IMG/VR virus record: IMGVR_UViG_3300036852_000099 | Coordinates: 1-56,187 of that record | Reading direction: 5' to 3' (one strand) | Origin: a virus | Taxonomy: Duplodnaviria > Caudoviricetes | Length of the DNA: 56,187 bases | Shown here: positions 38,831-47,629 of the stretch, one piece after another | Numbering within the stretch: the stretch's first letter is position 1 | Layout of the letters: every line of letters begins with the position of its first letter | The notes under the pieces: model-generated | Databases searched by the model: none | What the model was told of the DNA's origin: nothing | The model's input: the letters and a program-made list of their open reading frames with translations, nothing else | Translations under genes and position numbers: made by a program

Positions 38831-39129
38831 TGACCGACTTTTGTGACCTGCCCAGCCTTGATCTGAAGTACGGACATAGGGCTAATCGTCCAGATGCACC
38901 GACCAGCGTCAAGGATGCGTACTGGTGCACAGACTCGCGGCAGATGTTCGTATCCGACCTCAACCTTACATGGCGGGATGTGGGGCTGTTACGCTACACC
39001 CTGATAGACCAGCCTATAGATGTACACGCATTCTCGCAGGTACAGTGGACTAGGGAGATTACCATCAGCGGGGCGGGGCAGATCAACGTCGAGCCTGATG
39101 GCGAGTTCTTCATCTTAGGAGCATCATGA
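38830..39129 (+). CDS. Small tail fibre-associated protein
   Basis: Shares an N-terminal 'Y..TDS...Y/F....W' motif with the preceding ORF. Confidence 0.5.
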   Translation: MTDFCDLPSLDLKYGHRANRPDAPTSVKDAYWCTDSRQMFVSDLNLTWRDVGLLRYTLIDQPIDVHAFSQVQWTREITISGAGQINVEPDGEFFILGAS

Positions 39130-40049
39130 CAGCGATATACCGCCCAGACCTTATCACCCTGGAACGAACCACCCTTAGCGCTGCTGAGTTGAACGCGCTA
39201 ATCGAGACTGGCTACGCAGGCATCTACGCCAAGACCAATGGTAAGTGGTATGGCAGATACGCAGGGGTGGAAACACCCCTATTCGGGTCACTAGTGGTTC
39301 AGGATGTGGACGGAAACACGGTAAGCGGCGTGGCCACCGTGACAGTTCCACGCAGGACGCTATCGGACGATGGCAACAACAAGGTATCCCTGCGACTGAT
39401 GCCCTCACCAGCCGTGCGTAAAAGCGCATGGATCAATGGCGAGGGTACTGGCTGGCAGTTGGCAGGCATCACTGCTCCGACTGCGACGGGTACAGCGGCG
39501 AATGCCAACTCCACCGACTCGGCCTTCGTGCGGTTGACCCAAGCTGCAGCAGCTAACGCCATCGGCGGCATAGCCTCGGCTACTTACAACTACTGGCGAC
39601 CATCACATAGCCCAGCGATGTACGCACTGATCAAGAACGCTAGTGCAGTCGACGCAGCATACAGGGCGCAGGTCGGTTTCAGCAGCGCACTACTCCCAGC
39701 GGCATCCGACACTATCAACCCGACCTTGAGCGCATTCTGGCGATGTTCGACGCTGGCAGGCGACACCACCTGGAAGTTCGTCACGTCTGGTGCAAGCGGT
39801 ATGGACGTGGTGGATTCGGGCATCCCTATGGCTCTGAATGCAGCGTTCTTGTTAGGGGTTAGGTTCGAGTTCAACGTCCCTATCGGTGTAATCTCGACGG
39901 ACTATGGCGCGACGTTCGATGAAGTGCCAGCGGTAGGGTCTAACAACCCGCTATCGACCACCGATATTGGCTATGCCTGCAGGATCATGACGACCACGAC
40001 GACTGCTAAGCCGATAGAGATCAGTCGTGTATACTTCGAGGCGGACTAA
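39126..40049 (+). CDS. Tail fibre/spike protein
   Basis: Thr/Ala/Gly-rich; resembles the next ORF. Confidence 0.55.
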   Translation: MTAIYRPDLITLERTTLSAAELNALIETGYAGIYAKTNGKWYGRYAGVETPLFGSLVVQDVDGNTVSGVATVTVPRRTLSDDGNNKVSLRLMPSPAVRKSAWINGEGTGWQLAGITAPTATGTAANANSTDSAFVRLTQAAAANAIGGIASATYNYWRPSHSPAMYALIKNASAVDAAYRAQVGFSSALLPAASDTINPTLSAFWRCSTLAGDTTWKFVTSGASGMDVVDSGIPMALNAAFLLGVRFEFNVPIGVISTDYGATFDEVPAVGSNNPLSTTDIGYACRIMTTTTTAKPIEISRVYFEAD

Positions 40050-40051
40050 CT

Positions 40052-40978
40052 ATGGACTTAGGCAACTTCGCCCATGACCGCGTAATCCTGAAAGACCTCG
40101 GCGCTCCGCCTGCCACACCAGGAGCAGACCACGAGACTATCTACTCGGACGATGGCAGGTGGTATACCAAATCGGACGCTGGTCTTATAGTGCCTATGGG
40201 GATGTACCAGTTCGAAGAGGCGGACGGGTACGCAGTGGTAGGTCAGACCCTGGAACTAGGCAAAGACCAAGTATACCAGATATCCGGAACTAACCCGCGA
40301 CTAGATGCCTCGCCTGCACCCTGGTTGCGTCGACAGGGCGGATATGTGGCTACTGGTGCAGCTATCAACGAGACTGGCGTAGGGGCGGCATCCGTGCTGG
40401 GTGGTCTGACTGCTGTCAACAACGCTGCAGGGTCGTACTGCGCTTTCAGCACTACCCTGACCACAGTGCAGAACGTAGGCATATCCGCACCCACGTTCAA
40501 CCAAGCTAACACCAGCAATCGCATACGCTTCTATGCTAAGGTCAACTTCAGCGCACTATTCAACCCTGGTACGTTTGCTGTCCCTGACTCTGGTAAGGGC
40601 TGGATCGGGATGTTCAGCACCGCACCCGACCCAGCTACTAGTGTGGTAACGGGTATACACGGGTTCGGTGTTCGACCTGGACTAGTAGGTGGGGCGGATA
40701 CCGAACTGCGCTGGATCACCTGTGATGGCACTAACCTGAACTACGACTCCTTATTCACTATGGGTGTCGACACATCCATCGACGTGGAGATACTCATCGA
40801 GTACGATCCTGTAGCAGGCGAGGTATACTTCAACGTTAATGGCATAGAACACACCGAGGACACCTGGATACCAGCCGTTAACACCAACATGGGGATATTT
40901 GCCAGATGCCGACCAAACACCAACTCTACTGTTGCGGCATTCTGGGGTATTAGTCACATCTTCTACGAGGCCGACTAG
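40052..40978 (+). CDS. Tail fibre/spike protein
   Basis: 308 aa versus 307 aa for the previous ORF; both end in (F/Y)EAD*. Confidence 0.55.
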   Translation: MDLGNFAHDRVILKDLGAPPATPGADHETIYSDDGRWYTKSDAGLIVPMGMYQFEEADGYAVVGQTLELGKDQVYQISGTNPRLDASPAPWLRRQGGYVATGAAINETGVGAASVLGGLTAVNNAAGSYCAFSTTLTTVQNVGISAPTFNQANTSNRIRFYAKVNFSALFNPGTFAVPDSGKGWIGMFSTAPDPATSVVTGIHGFGVRPGLVGGADTELRWITCDGTNLNYDSLFTMGVDTSIDVEILIEYDPVAGEVYFNVNGIEHTEDTWIPAVNTNMGIFARCRPNTNSTVAAFWGISHIFYEAD

Positions 40979-40986
40979 GTAGGGGA

Positions 40987-41016
40987 TTGTGTAGAACGCC
41001 CGATCTGTGGTAAAAT
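40987..41016 (+). promoter_or_regulatory. Extended -10 promoter heading the lysis module
   Basis: TTGTGT-18 bp-(TGTGG)TAAAAT. It is the only plus-strand copy of the motif that I found. Confidence 0.65.
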
Positions 41017-41032
41017 GGAAGGAAGAGGTAGT

Positions 41033-41461
41033 ATGCTGATGAAACCGAGACGACTTAGGAACGTAGTACGGCACGTGAACCGAGTAGCTGCAGTGATACA
41101 CCTACTCGTCGCACTGGTCGTGCTACTGCACCCATCCAAACCTAGCGAGTTCATTGTGTCAGTGTTGGGTGGATACTTCAGTACCCAAGCTCTGTCGTTC
41201 CTAATAGCTATGGCAGGGGTTAGGTGGGCGATATGGCCGATGACCTCATCCTGGTTGATGCTCTGTTGCCTGCCCATGCTGGTGCTTGCAGCATTCAATA
41301 CCGCATACCTGTTGATTGAAGAAACGCAGTCACTATGGCCTCCTATTGTGTACTACGGCTGTGGTGTCATCGTAATATCAGTTAACTGGTACTATCTACT
41401 GGAGACTGCAGGTGGAAGATTTGACGTTCCTATCGTTCCAAGTTCCGACACCCACACCTGA
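41033..41461 (+). CDS. Membrane protein with about four TM segments (holin/antiholin candidate)
   Basis: Basic N-terminus followed by four hydrophobic stretches. Confidence 0.6.
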   Translation: MLMKPRRLRNVVRHVNRVAAVIHLLVALVVLLHPSKPSEFIVSVLGGYFSTQALSFLIAMAGVRWAIWPMTSSWLMLCCLPMLVLAAFNTAYLLIEETQSLWPPIVYYGCGVIVISVNWYYLLETAGGRFDVPIVPSSDTHT

Positions 41462-42056
41462 TCTAGACCCGACTAATATCGGGTCGGTCATAACAGCCGT
41501 AAGTGTGATCGCGATTTTCATCGCCAATCTTATCATCCAATACAAGGCTGGTAAGAAGGAGATACCCAACCAGTCAAAAGATGTAGTAGATGTGGTGAAC
41601 GAGAATAAGCACCTAAAGGAGAAGGTGGACAGTCTACTGGCAGCTAACACCAAGCTGCTGTCCATGACGAACCTCGGCACGATAGTCTGCATCGAGGACG
41701 ACCCGAATGACACCGACCTGCTACGCAGGCAGCTGAAACGGATCGGGCTGGCCAATCCGGTGGTGTGGTTCGATAGTCTGGAGATGGCCTACATCTTCAT
41801 TGGTGAAAACGCGGTGCTGTTCATCATGGTCGACGTTAGCATGATAAGCAATGGCTTCCGATTTCTAGAGACGCTGAAGGACAACCCTGACACCAGGGAT
41901 ACACCCATCATACTGGTGTCAGGGACGCAGGTGGAGGACATCACAGGATACCGGAAGGGTGCTATAGGCTACTGTGAAAAGCCAGTAAACATCGAGAAGC
42001 TGCTGAATGTACTGAACCTTCACGGGTTCGACATGAGTATAAGGATGGTACTATGA
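41412..42056 (+). CDS. TM + coiled coil + CheY-like response-regulator receiver domain
   Basis: 'IVCIEDDPND', phosphoacceptor 'IMVDVSM', 'TPIILVSG' and 'GAIGYCEKPV'. Confidence 0.85.
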   Translation: MEDLTFLSFQVPTPTPDLDPTNIGSVITAVSVIAIFIANLIIQYKAGKKEIPNQSKDVVDVVNENKHLKEKVDSLLAANTKLLSMTNLGTIVCIEDDPNDTDLLRRQLKRIGLANPVVWFDSLEMAYIFIGENAVLFIMVDVSMISNGFRFLETLKDNPDTRDTPIILVSGTQVEDITGYRKGAIGYCEKPVNIEKLLNVLNLHGFDMSIRMVL

Positions 42057-43177
42057 CAGGAACAGAGAACAGATTCGGGTACAACTACCTAGCCGTGCCT
42101 GATGTGGTGGAGGAAATGCGACATGCCCGTGCTGCAAGGCTGGGTGGTGGTCTGTTCTTCCAGAACAACCTCGATTTTGCCTGTGCATTTAAAGCGGATG
42201 ACCCGCGTAGGAACGTCGTACTACGGAACTGGCCAGATCGGGCTGTACCAGCCGACCCTGAAAAGTGGCTACGGGATGCCCAGCGACTAGGGGAGGGAGG
42301 GCTGATCGTCCAGACCTGTAACGAGGTAGGACTGACCAATGCTAATATCGCCTTCCACGAGTGGTTGCTGGAGCGGATCAAACGCGACAACATCAAGACT
42401 AACTTCGGCATACTGGCGCAGTCCGTAGGGACACCCGACCCTGACCACGACTGGCCACGTGCTGAGAAGATCCTCAAACTAGCCGATGACCTGCGTGATC
42501 GAGTCAAGCTGATCCTTCACGAGTACTACGGGGCGGTGGTCACGTCTGGGTTTCATGGTGGAAACCCGACCCTGATACAGGAGGAAACGTGGCCTAAGAA
42601 CACCGAAGGCATCACCATGTGGCACTGTGGCAGGTACAAGTTCCTCAAAAAGTACCTGAAGTCGAAGGGTCGTCCGCTGCTCCCCATTATCATCGGGGAG
42701 TTCAATGCCGACTTCACCAGCGATATCGGGCTGTGGCTGTCGCGTCTGAAGAGCACAAAAGGCCAGTACGATATCGTGGACGGGTGGCGCGATCTAGTCG
42801 ACCAGTGGCGTAGTTGGTGGCCTATGTGGGACGCTGCTACTGCCCTGATGAAACAAGCGGCCTATGCCGACCAGTACATCTACACGGACGAGGAAATCGA
42901 GACCATCCTGATGTACTGTCGCTGGAACGATGGCTCGTGGGGTACGTACCAGACCAACCCCGAAGTCGACAAGCAGATGGAAGCCTATCGCAGTCCAGCC
43001 CGTATACCCCCCACAACTCCTCCGGACGAGCCACCGGACGAGCCTGATCCTACCGATCCTCCGCCTGTCCTAGGTGGTAAGTTAGTGTTTAATCTGGAGG
43101 TGACCGTTCCATTAGACAACCCGACCAGTGTATCGGCCAAGATTAGTAATGTCAAAGTAGAAAAGGATAGTAAGTAA
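42053..43177 (+). CDS. Putative endolysin, clan GH-A-like TIM-barrel glycoside hydrolase
   Basis: 'CNE' acid/base, 'LHEY' and 'IIGEFN' nucleophile; Pro-rich linker; sits between membrane genes. Confidence 0.55.
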   Translation: MTGTENRFGYNYLAVPDVVEEMRHARAARLGGGLFFQNNLDFACAFKADDPRRNVVLRNWPDRAVPADPEKWLRDAQRLGEGGLIVQTCNEVGLTNANIAFHEWLLERIKRDNIKTNFGILAQSVGTPDPDHDWPRAEKILKLADDLRDRVKLILHEYYGAVVTSGFHGGNPTLIQEETWPKNTEGITMWHCGRYKFLKKYLKSKGRPLLPIIIGEFNADFTSDIGLWLSRLKSTKGQYDIVDGWRDLVDQWRSWWPMWDAATALMKQAAYADQYIYTDEEIETILMYCRWNDGSWGTYQTNPEVDKQMEAYRSPARIPPTTPPDEPPDEPDPTDPPPVLGGKLVFNLEVTVPLDNPTSVSAKISNVKVEKDSK

Positions 43178-43630
43178 ATGAATCCAGAACAACTCTTGCA
43201 GGTACTCCTACAGCTGCTCACGGATGCCACCTACATCCCTGCAGCGGGGCTGGGTATCGTAGCATTCACCAACGTGATCAAGTTCGTACTTACCAAAGTA
43301 GGCTTCACTCTGCCAGACATGGCACAGGTCATCATCGCGTTGGTGGTGCAGTTCATCGTATGGTCAGCGTGGATGCTCTTCACCCGACTCGGCCTAATCG
43401 ACCAGTTCACTCAGTGGTACGACGCAGCGGTGACAGTGGTCATGGCGCTATTCCCACTGCTCGGCGGCACATTCGCAGCGCATAAGATCTACCAAGCTTC
43501 GAAAGCCCAGCCAGCTACGGTGTCCGGTGTTATTGGTGCGCAGACTGTGGAGGTTGGGGGATCGGGCGCTGTACCTATCCTCGGCTACAGCGTCCCGAAA
43601 AAGAAGGAGATGCGACGCTACTCTGACTAG
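43178..43630 (+). CDS. Holin-like protein with three TM segments
   Basis: Three hydrophobic helices and a basic C-terminus; follows the lysin candidate. Confidence 0.65.
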   Translation: MNPEQLLQVLLQLLTDATYIPAAGLGIVAFTNVIKFVLTKVGFTLPDMAQVIIALVVQFIVWSAWMLFTRLGLIDQFTQWYDAAVTVVMALFPLLGGTFAAHKIYQASKAQPATVSGVIGAQTVEVGGSGAVPILGYSVPKKKEMRRYSD

Positions 43631-43663
43631 AAGCAGCGTCGTCTGACGTTTCCTTAGTACCGC

Positions 43664-44443
43664 TTAAGCGTCCGTCTTGCCATCCGTGAGGACGGGCTGG
43701 ATGGACGCTTCCTCGCGCTTTTTGGCCAGACCGCGCATCGTCTGGATCATCACATCCCTGGAGGGGTACTTACCTCGCCACACCTGCTTGTCCACGTCGA
43801 AGAACCGTAAACCCTCCCAATCAACGTACTCCTCATCCAGGATCTCATGAGGTAGTTTGGGGCGCATTCCGTCGTCCAGCATCTTCACCATGTCAGCCAG
43901 TGACTCTACCATGATGTAGGGTTGGCCAGCTACGCGGCGGTTGGCGATGGCCATCGCTTCTTGTTTCTGGATGCGTTTGGTTCGGAATATCCGTGCCACA
44001 GTGTAGATCGTACCCATCAGTGGCAGTAGGAAGGGCAGGATCACAACCCGCGCTTCGATGATAGGCGTGAGTACCCCTACCCAATAGTCACTGACACCAG
44101 CCGACAGGTTAAACTCAGGGGTATGGAAGACGATGTACCCAACCTGCGTGAATAGACTGGCAACAGCGGTCATAGCGAACGCGGCTATCAGTGACAACAC
44201 TTCCTTCAGGTCGGTGGTATGGGCGATGAACCTGGAACTCATCAGCATACCCACGTCGATGGCGACTGCGATTAGTGCGCCTTTGAAGTACCACAGACGC
44301 AGCGCTACCTCCTCCACAGGCGGTGTACCCTCGAACATGAACGCAGCAGTCCACGTCGAATGCTCAAAGGTGGCGATGGCTATGGCCAAGTACAGGAACT
44401 CGAACGGGTCAAACAAGTGCTTCAGCGATCTAAATACCCACAC
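43664..44443 (-). CDS. Multi-pass membrane protein with a soluble C-terminus
   Basis: About four TM segments; 'LIAVAIDVGM'; own promoter and AGGAGAATCGCC leader. Confidence 0.7.
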   Translation of the reverse strand: MWVFRSLKHLFDPFEFLYLAIAIATFEHSTWTAAFMFEGTPPVEEVALRLWYFKGALIAVAIDVGMLMSSRFIAHTTDLKEVLSLIAAFAMTAVASLFTQVGYIVFHTPEFNLSAGVSDYWVGVLTPIIEARVVILPFLLPLMGTIYTVARIFRTKRIQKQEAMAIANRRVAGQPYIMVESLADMVKMLDDGMRPKLPHEILDEEYVDWEGLRFFDVDKQVWRGKYPSRDVMIQTMRGLAKKREEASIQPVLTDGKTDA

Positions 44444-44479
44444 GGCGATTCTCCTTTTAGTTGTTGGTCTAGTGCCTCT

Positions 44480-44508
44480 ATTTTACCACATCTTGCGTTT
44501 CGTGTCAA
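44480..44508 (-). promoter_or_regulatory. Sigma70-type extended -10 promoter
   Basis: TTGACA-17 bp-(TGTGG)TAAAAT. Confidence 0.8.
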
Positions 44509-44509
44509 C

Positions 44510-45949
44510 CTACGCTTCGGTTTGTGTCAAGTTAGGATCTTTAAACACGGACAGCACGTAACCCACCACATCCGCCTTTGCAGCTAGCGCTCGGTCAATG
44601 TGCACGTCGATGGTAGCACGGGCTAGTAGGTGGATGAAGGTGATCGGGTGTTTTTGCCCTGGTCGGTGCAGTCGCGCCATCGACTGGTCGTACAGTCCGA
44701 GACTCTGCTCTTTGCTGTAGTAGATACCGTACCTAGCGCGGCTGAGGTCGATAGACTCCGATCCTGCCCTAGTCTGGACTGCGATCAGGTCGATGCTTTC
44801 ATCGTTCCACGCAGCGAGGTCTTTGACCTGCCCTGACACCTCGCCAGTTCGGTAGCCTAGCTTCGTCGCTGCAGCGCGGATATCTGCCAGTTCCTCGGTG
44901 TAACGGGCGAATACGACAGTGGGTGCATGGGTGAACCTGTCCTTACCAGGGACTATGACGCGAGGGATATCCTGCAGCACTTCGATCAGTGCGTCCTGTT
45001 TGGCAGTGGATATCCTGGTAATGTCCATGCCATCAGGCTGGAAGTACCCTCCGGTGACCTGCTGCAGGCGTAGCATCTTGGTGAGGGCGTTGTTCATGGT
45101 CATAGTCTCACCACTCTGCAGTCGTGCCACCATATCCCTCTGCAGCGCGTTGTACACCCGTCTGGCCTCCTTCTCCAGGTCGAACCGCTTATCCAGATGC
45201 ATGACGGGTGGCAGGTCGAGTACGTCGTCCGAATCGACGTATACCGAGTTTGCACCTATCTCGGCGCGGAGGTAGTCCAGATTACGATAGCCTATCACTT
45301 GGTGGTTGTTGAACCCGCCCATGATGGCGTATTTGGCCATGAACTTGCTGTAGTTCGTCCCAAACACGGTAGGGTCTAGGAACTTGAAGATGCTGTACAC
45401 CCCTAGCGGACTACTGGCCATTGGTGAACCAGTGAGGGCGATCCGGTGTCTCGACCTGTTCTTACGGGCGAAGTTAGTGCAGAACTTCGAGATCTTCGTT
45501 CCAGGGTGGCTGATATGGTGAGCCTCGTCCAGCACCACGCAGTCCCACTTAGTCTTGAGGATCAGCGCTCCGAGTTCTTTGCGCCATGCTGATTCGTAGT
45601 TCGTCACAACCAGCACCCGCTCCTGACCACGAACTGACAGCACGTTCTTCAGGAACTCAGCCTTATCAGTGGACGTACCATCCTTCAGGTTTATGATCGT
45701 CCAGTGGTGTGGGCTGTGGACTGCGAACTGCTTCTCCCACAACCCCTCGATCATGGAGGCGTGTAGCCCTATCATGAGTACCAGCTTGTGACCTGCAGCG
45801 TTCAGCGTGTCCACCGTCACCTTGCTTTTGCCTGCACCCATGCCCAGGAATATCCCTGCACCCTGCCTACTCAGGGCATACTCAAGTGCGGTCTTCTGGT
45901 GTTCCCAGGGTTTCGTCTTGAATTCGTAGGATTTCAGTAAGTCCGACAT
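44510..45949 (-). CDS. SNF2-family (SF2) helicase
   Basis: 'MGAGKS', 'DEAH', 'LTGSP' and 'QSMARLHRPGQ'. Confidence 0.9.
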   Translation of the reverse strand: MSDLLKSYEFKTKPWEHQKTALEYALSRQGAGIFLGMGAGKSKVTVDTLNAAGHKLVLMIGLHASMIEGLWEKQFAVHSPHHWTIINLKDGTSTDKAEFLKNVLSVRGQERVLVVTNYESAWRKELGALILKTKWDCVVLDEAHHISHPGTKISKFCTNFARKNRSRHRIALTGSPMASSPLGVYSIFKFLDPTVFGTNYSKFMAKYAIMGGFNNHQVIGYRNLDYLRAEIGANSVYVDSDDVLDLPPVMHLDKRFDLEKEARRVYNALQRDMVARLQSGETMTMNNALTKMLRLQQVTGGYFQPDGMDITRISTAKQDALIEVLQDIPRVIVPGKDRFTHAPTVVFARYTEELADIRAAATKLGYRTGEVSGQVKDLAAWNDESIDLIAVQTRAGSESIDLSRARYGIYYSKEQSLGLYDQSMARLHRPGQKHPITFIHLLARATIDVHIDRALAAKADVVGYVLSVFKDPNLTQTEA

Positions 45950-46232
45950 ACTCTCCCCTAATAGCTATAGCCTCTGCCTCATCAGCAGTTCGAATTAAAC
46001 CGATACGTGCACCTGCAGCTTTCCATTCCAGCAGCTTCATGCACTGAGCGATGGTCGGGTGGTCGTCATAGCTCTTTTTGGCCTCCATAGCGAAAGCCCG
46101 ACCCTGGTACGATCCAACGAGGTCTGGTTCACCCAGACGCGAGAAGGGTGAGCCGTGAATCTTGATCACGACACACCCCAATTTCTTTAATCGCGCCAGG
46201 GCAGCATCGACCACTGCCTTTTCTAGCGGCAT
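45882..46232 (-). CDS. VRR-NUC nuclease
   Basis: 'GEPDL...AMEAK...TIAQ'. Confidence 0.85.
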   Translation of the reverse strand: MPLEKAVVDAALARLKKLGCVVIKIHGSPFSRLGEPDLVGSYQGRAFAMEAKKSYDDHPTIAQCMKLLEWKAAGARIGLIRTADEAEAIAIRGEYVGLTEILRIQDETLGTPEDRT

Positions 46233-46963
46233 TAGACCTCCGCTGGCACTTTACGCCATGCACCCAAGCTACGGGCTAGTACCAGGAGGCAATTCTCCAT
46301 GTCAGGGTACACCCACGTATCCAGGTCATGCGCTTCGACGTGCTTGGCTAGTTCGTCCTTGTCACCCCACACCACGACTGTCTTGCCCAGCGACTTGGCC
46401 ATCTCGATCTCACGGATAGTACCAAATCCGCGTTTGTCGGTCATGTTGACCACCATGCCCTGACAGCTGGCCAGTGCAGCGCGGTTGATCTGGCTGATGA
46501 AGACCCTAGGCAGCGGTTGGTTGTGTCCTACCTGGAAGGCGGTAGACGGGTCATAGCTGGTGATGCCATAGTTGGCCAAGGTCGACTTGGCGTGTTTCCT
46601 CCAGGTCTTGGCGTATAGCTCATCAACCGCGTCGATGCTCCCTGCCAGATAGACGGTAGGATGTGGGTGCTGCTCGTCGCCTAGGATCGGGATTTCCTCA
46701 CTGCCCCATGACCCATCCAGCAGCATCTTCCCGATTAGGCCGTAGTTCAGCACGTCCAAGAACGTATCCTCGATACCCTCGAAGTTAGGGGCGTATGCCC
46801 CTGGTCGGGTGAGGTTTAGCAGGCGGTGGATTTTGTCAGTCAGCCGGACTGCCACACCGTATACACCAGTCTTACTGATGTTGTCACTGCCATAGTCGGC
46901 ATTCTTGCGCTCCATCAGGTCGAGCGCGTCCTTGATGATCTTCTCAGCGGCGGCTTTGTTCAT
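46232..46963 (-). CDS. DUF1599/Nmad1 domain fused to a nucleoside 2'-deoxyribosyltransferase/N-glycosidase-like domain
   Basis: N-terminal 'RKNADYG...RLTDKIHRL...IEDTFLDVLNY'; C-terminal 'VYLAGSI...YDP...GFGTIREIEMAKSLGKTVV'. Confidence 0.75.
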   Translation of the reverse strand: MNKAAAEKIIKDALDLMERKNADYGSDNISKTGVYGVAVRLTDKIHRLLNLTRPGAYAPNFEGIEDTFLDVLNYGLIGKMLLDGSWGSEEIPILGDEQHPHPTVYLAGSIDAVDELYAKTWRKHAKSTLANYGITSYDPSTAFQVGHNQPLPRVFISQINRAALASCQGMVVNMTDKRGFGTIREIEMAKSLGKTVVVWGDKDELAKHVEAHDLDTWVYPDMENCLLVLARSLGAWRKVPAEV

Positions 46964-47144
46964 CGTTCTGTTCCCTTTCATGTGACTCGTAGCAGTGTGC
47001 GTGAATGTCCTGGTCGTGCACCCAGGAGTATGCGATCTGGTCGACGTGCACATCGACTTCGTGCTTGCAGTAGGGGCAGATTGGGAATACGCTGTCGAAC
47101 ATGCCCTCATCGCCCTTGTCCCACATATCTCCGATGTTTATCAC
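46944..47144 (-). CDS. Small Zn-binding protein
   Basis: 'CPYC...HAHC'; fills the gap in the operon. Confidence 0.55.
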   Translation of the reverse strand: MINIGDMWDKGDEGMFDSVFPICPYCKHEVDVHVDQIAYSWVHDQDIHAHCYESHEREQNDEQSRR

Positions 47145-47629
47145 TTTCCTGTACTCCCAAACCCAGCGCTACCACGCTCGGTGTCCTTAGTCGCGTACTG
47201 GAACGCGTCGATTGGCATGAACTCCCACTGCACTGGAATCACCAGATGGTGGAAAAGTATCTGAGCCAGCCTAGTCCCTTTCGGTACTATGACCGTCTTG
47301 CCGTTGGGATTGGACACACCGATGAATAGCTCACCTGTGTACCCCTGGTCGATTATGCCCTCCTGCACCTGCAGATGCCACGTGCGAAAGGTCGAACTGC
47401 GATTGGTGATCCGGCCATACACCCCATCGGGCATCCGGATATGCACCCCTGTGTGAACGTCCACAAAGCTCCCTGGAGGGATCTCGATGTGTTCGATGGT
47501 GTGCAGGTCGTAGCCTGCATCACCCTTATACTTCCGTGTAGGCTGGCACGTGTCCAGATTGGCAGGGGCGAATATGACCGGAGGCGGCGCTAGCACCCAC
47601 AGCGCAAATCGCCTGAGTAGTTGCCTCAC
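47141..47629 (-). CDS. dut: Trimeric dUTPase
   Basis: All five motifs: AGYDL, RSS, GIIDQGYTGE, RLAQ and RGSAGFGSTG. Confidence 0.9.
   Translation of the reverse strand: MRQLLRRFALWVLAPPPVIFAPANLDTCQPTRKYKGDAGYDLHTIEHIEIPPGSFVDVHTGVHIRMPDGVYGRITNRSSTFRTWHLQVQEGIIDQGYTGELFIGVSNPNGKTVIVPKGTRLAQILFHHLVIPVQWEFMPIDAFQYATKDTERGSAGFGSTGK

Noticed and set aside
33823-40978. Diversity-generating retroelement or invertible tail-fibre system
   Set aside because: There is no reverse transcriptase or invertase, and I noticed no near-identical template/variable repeat pair.
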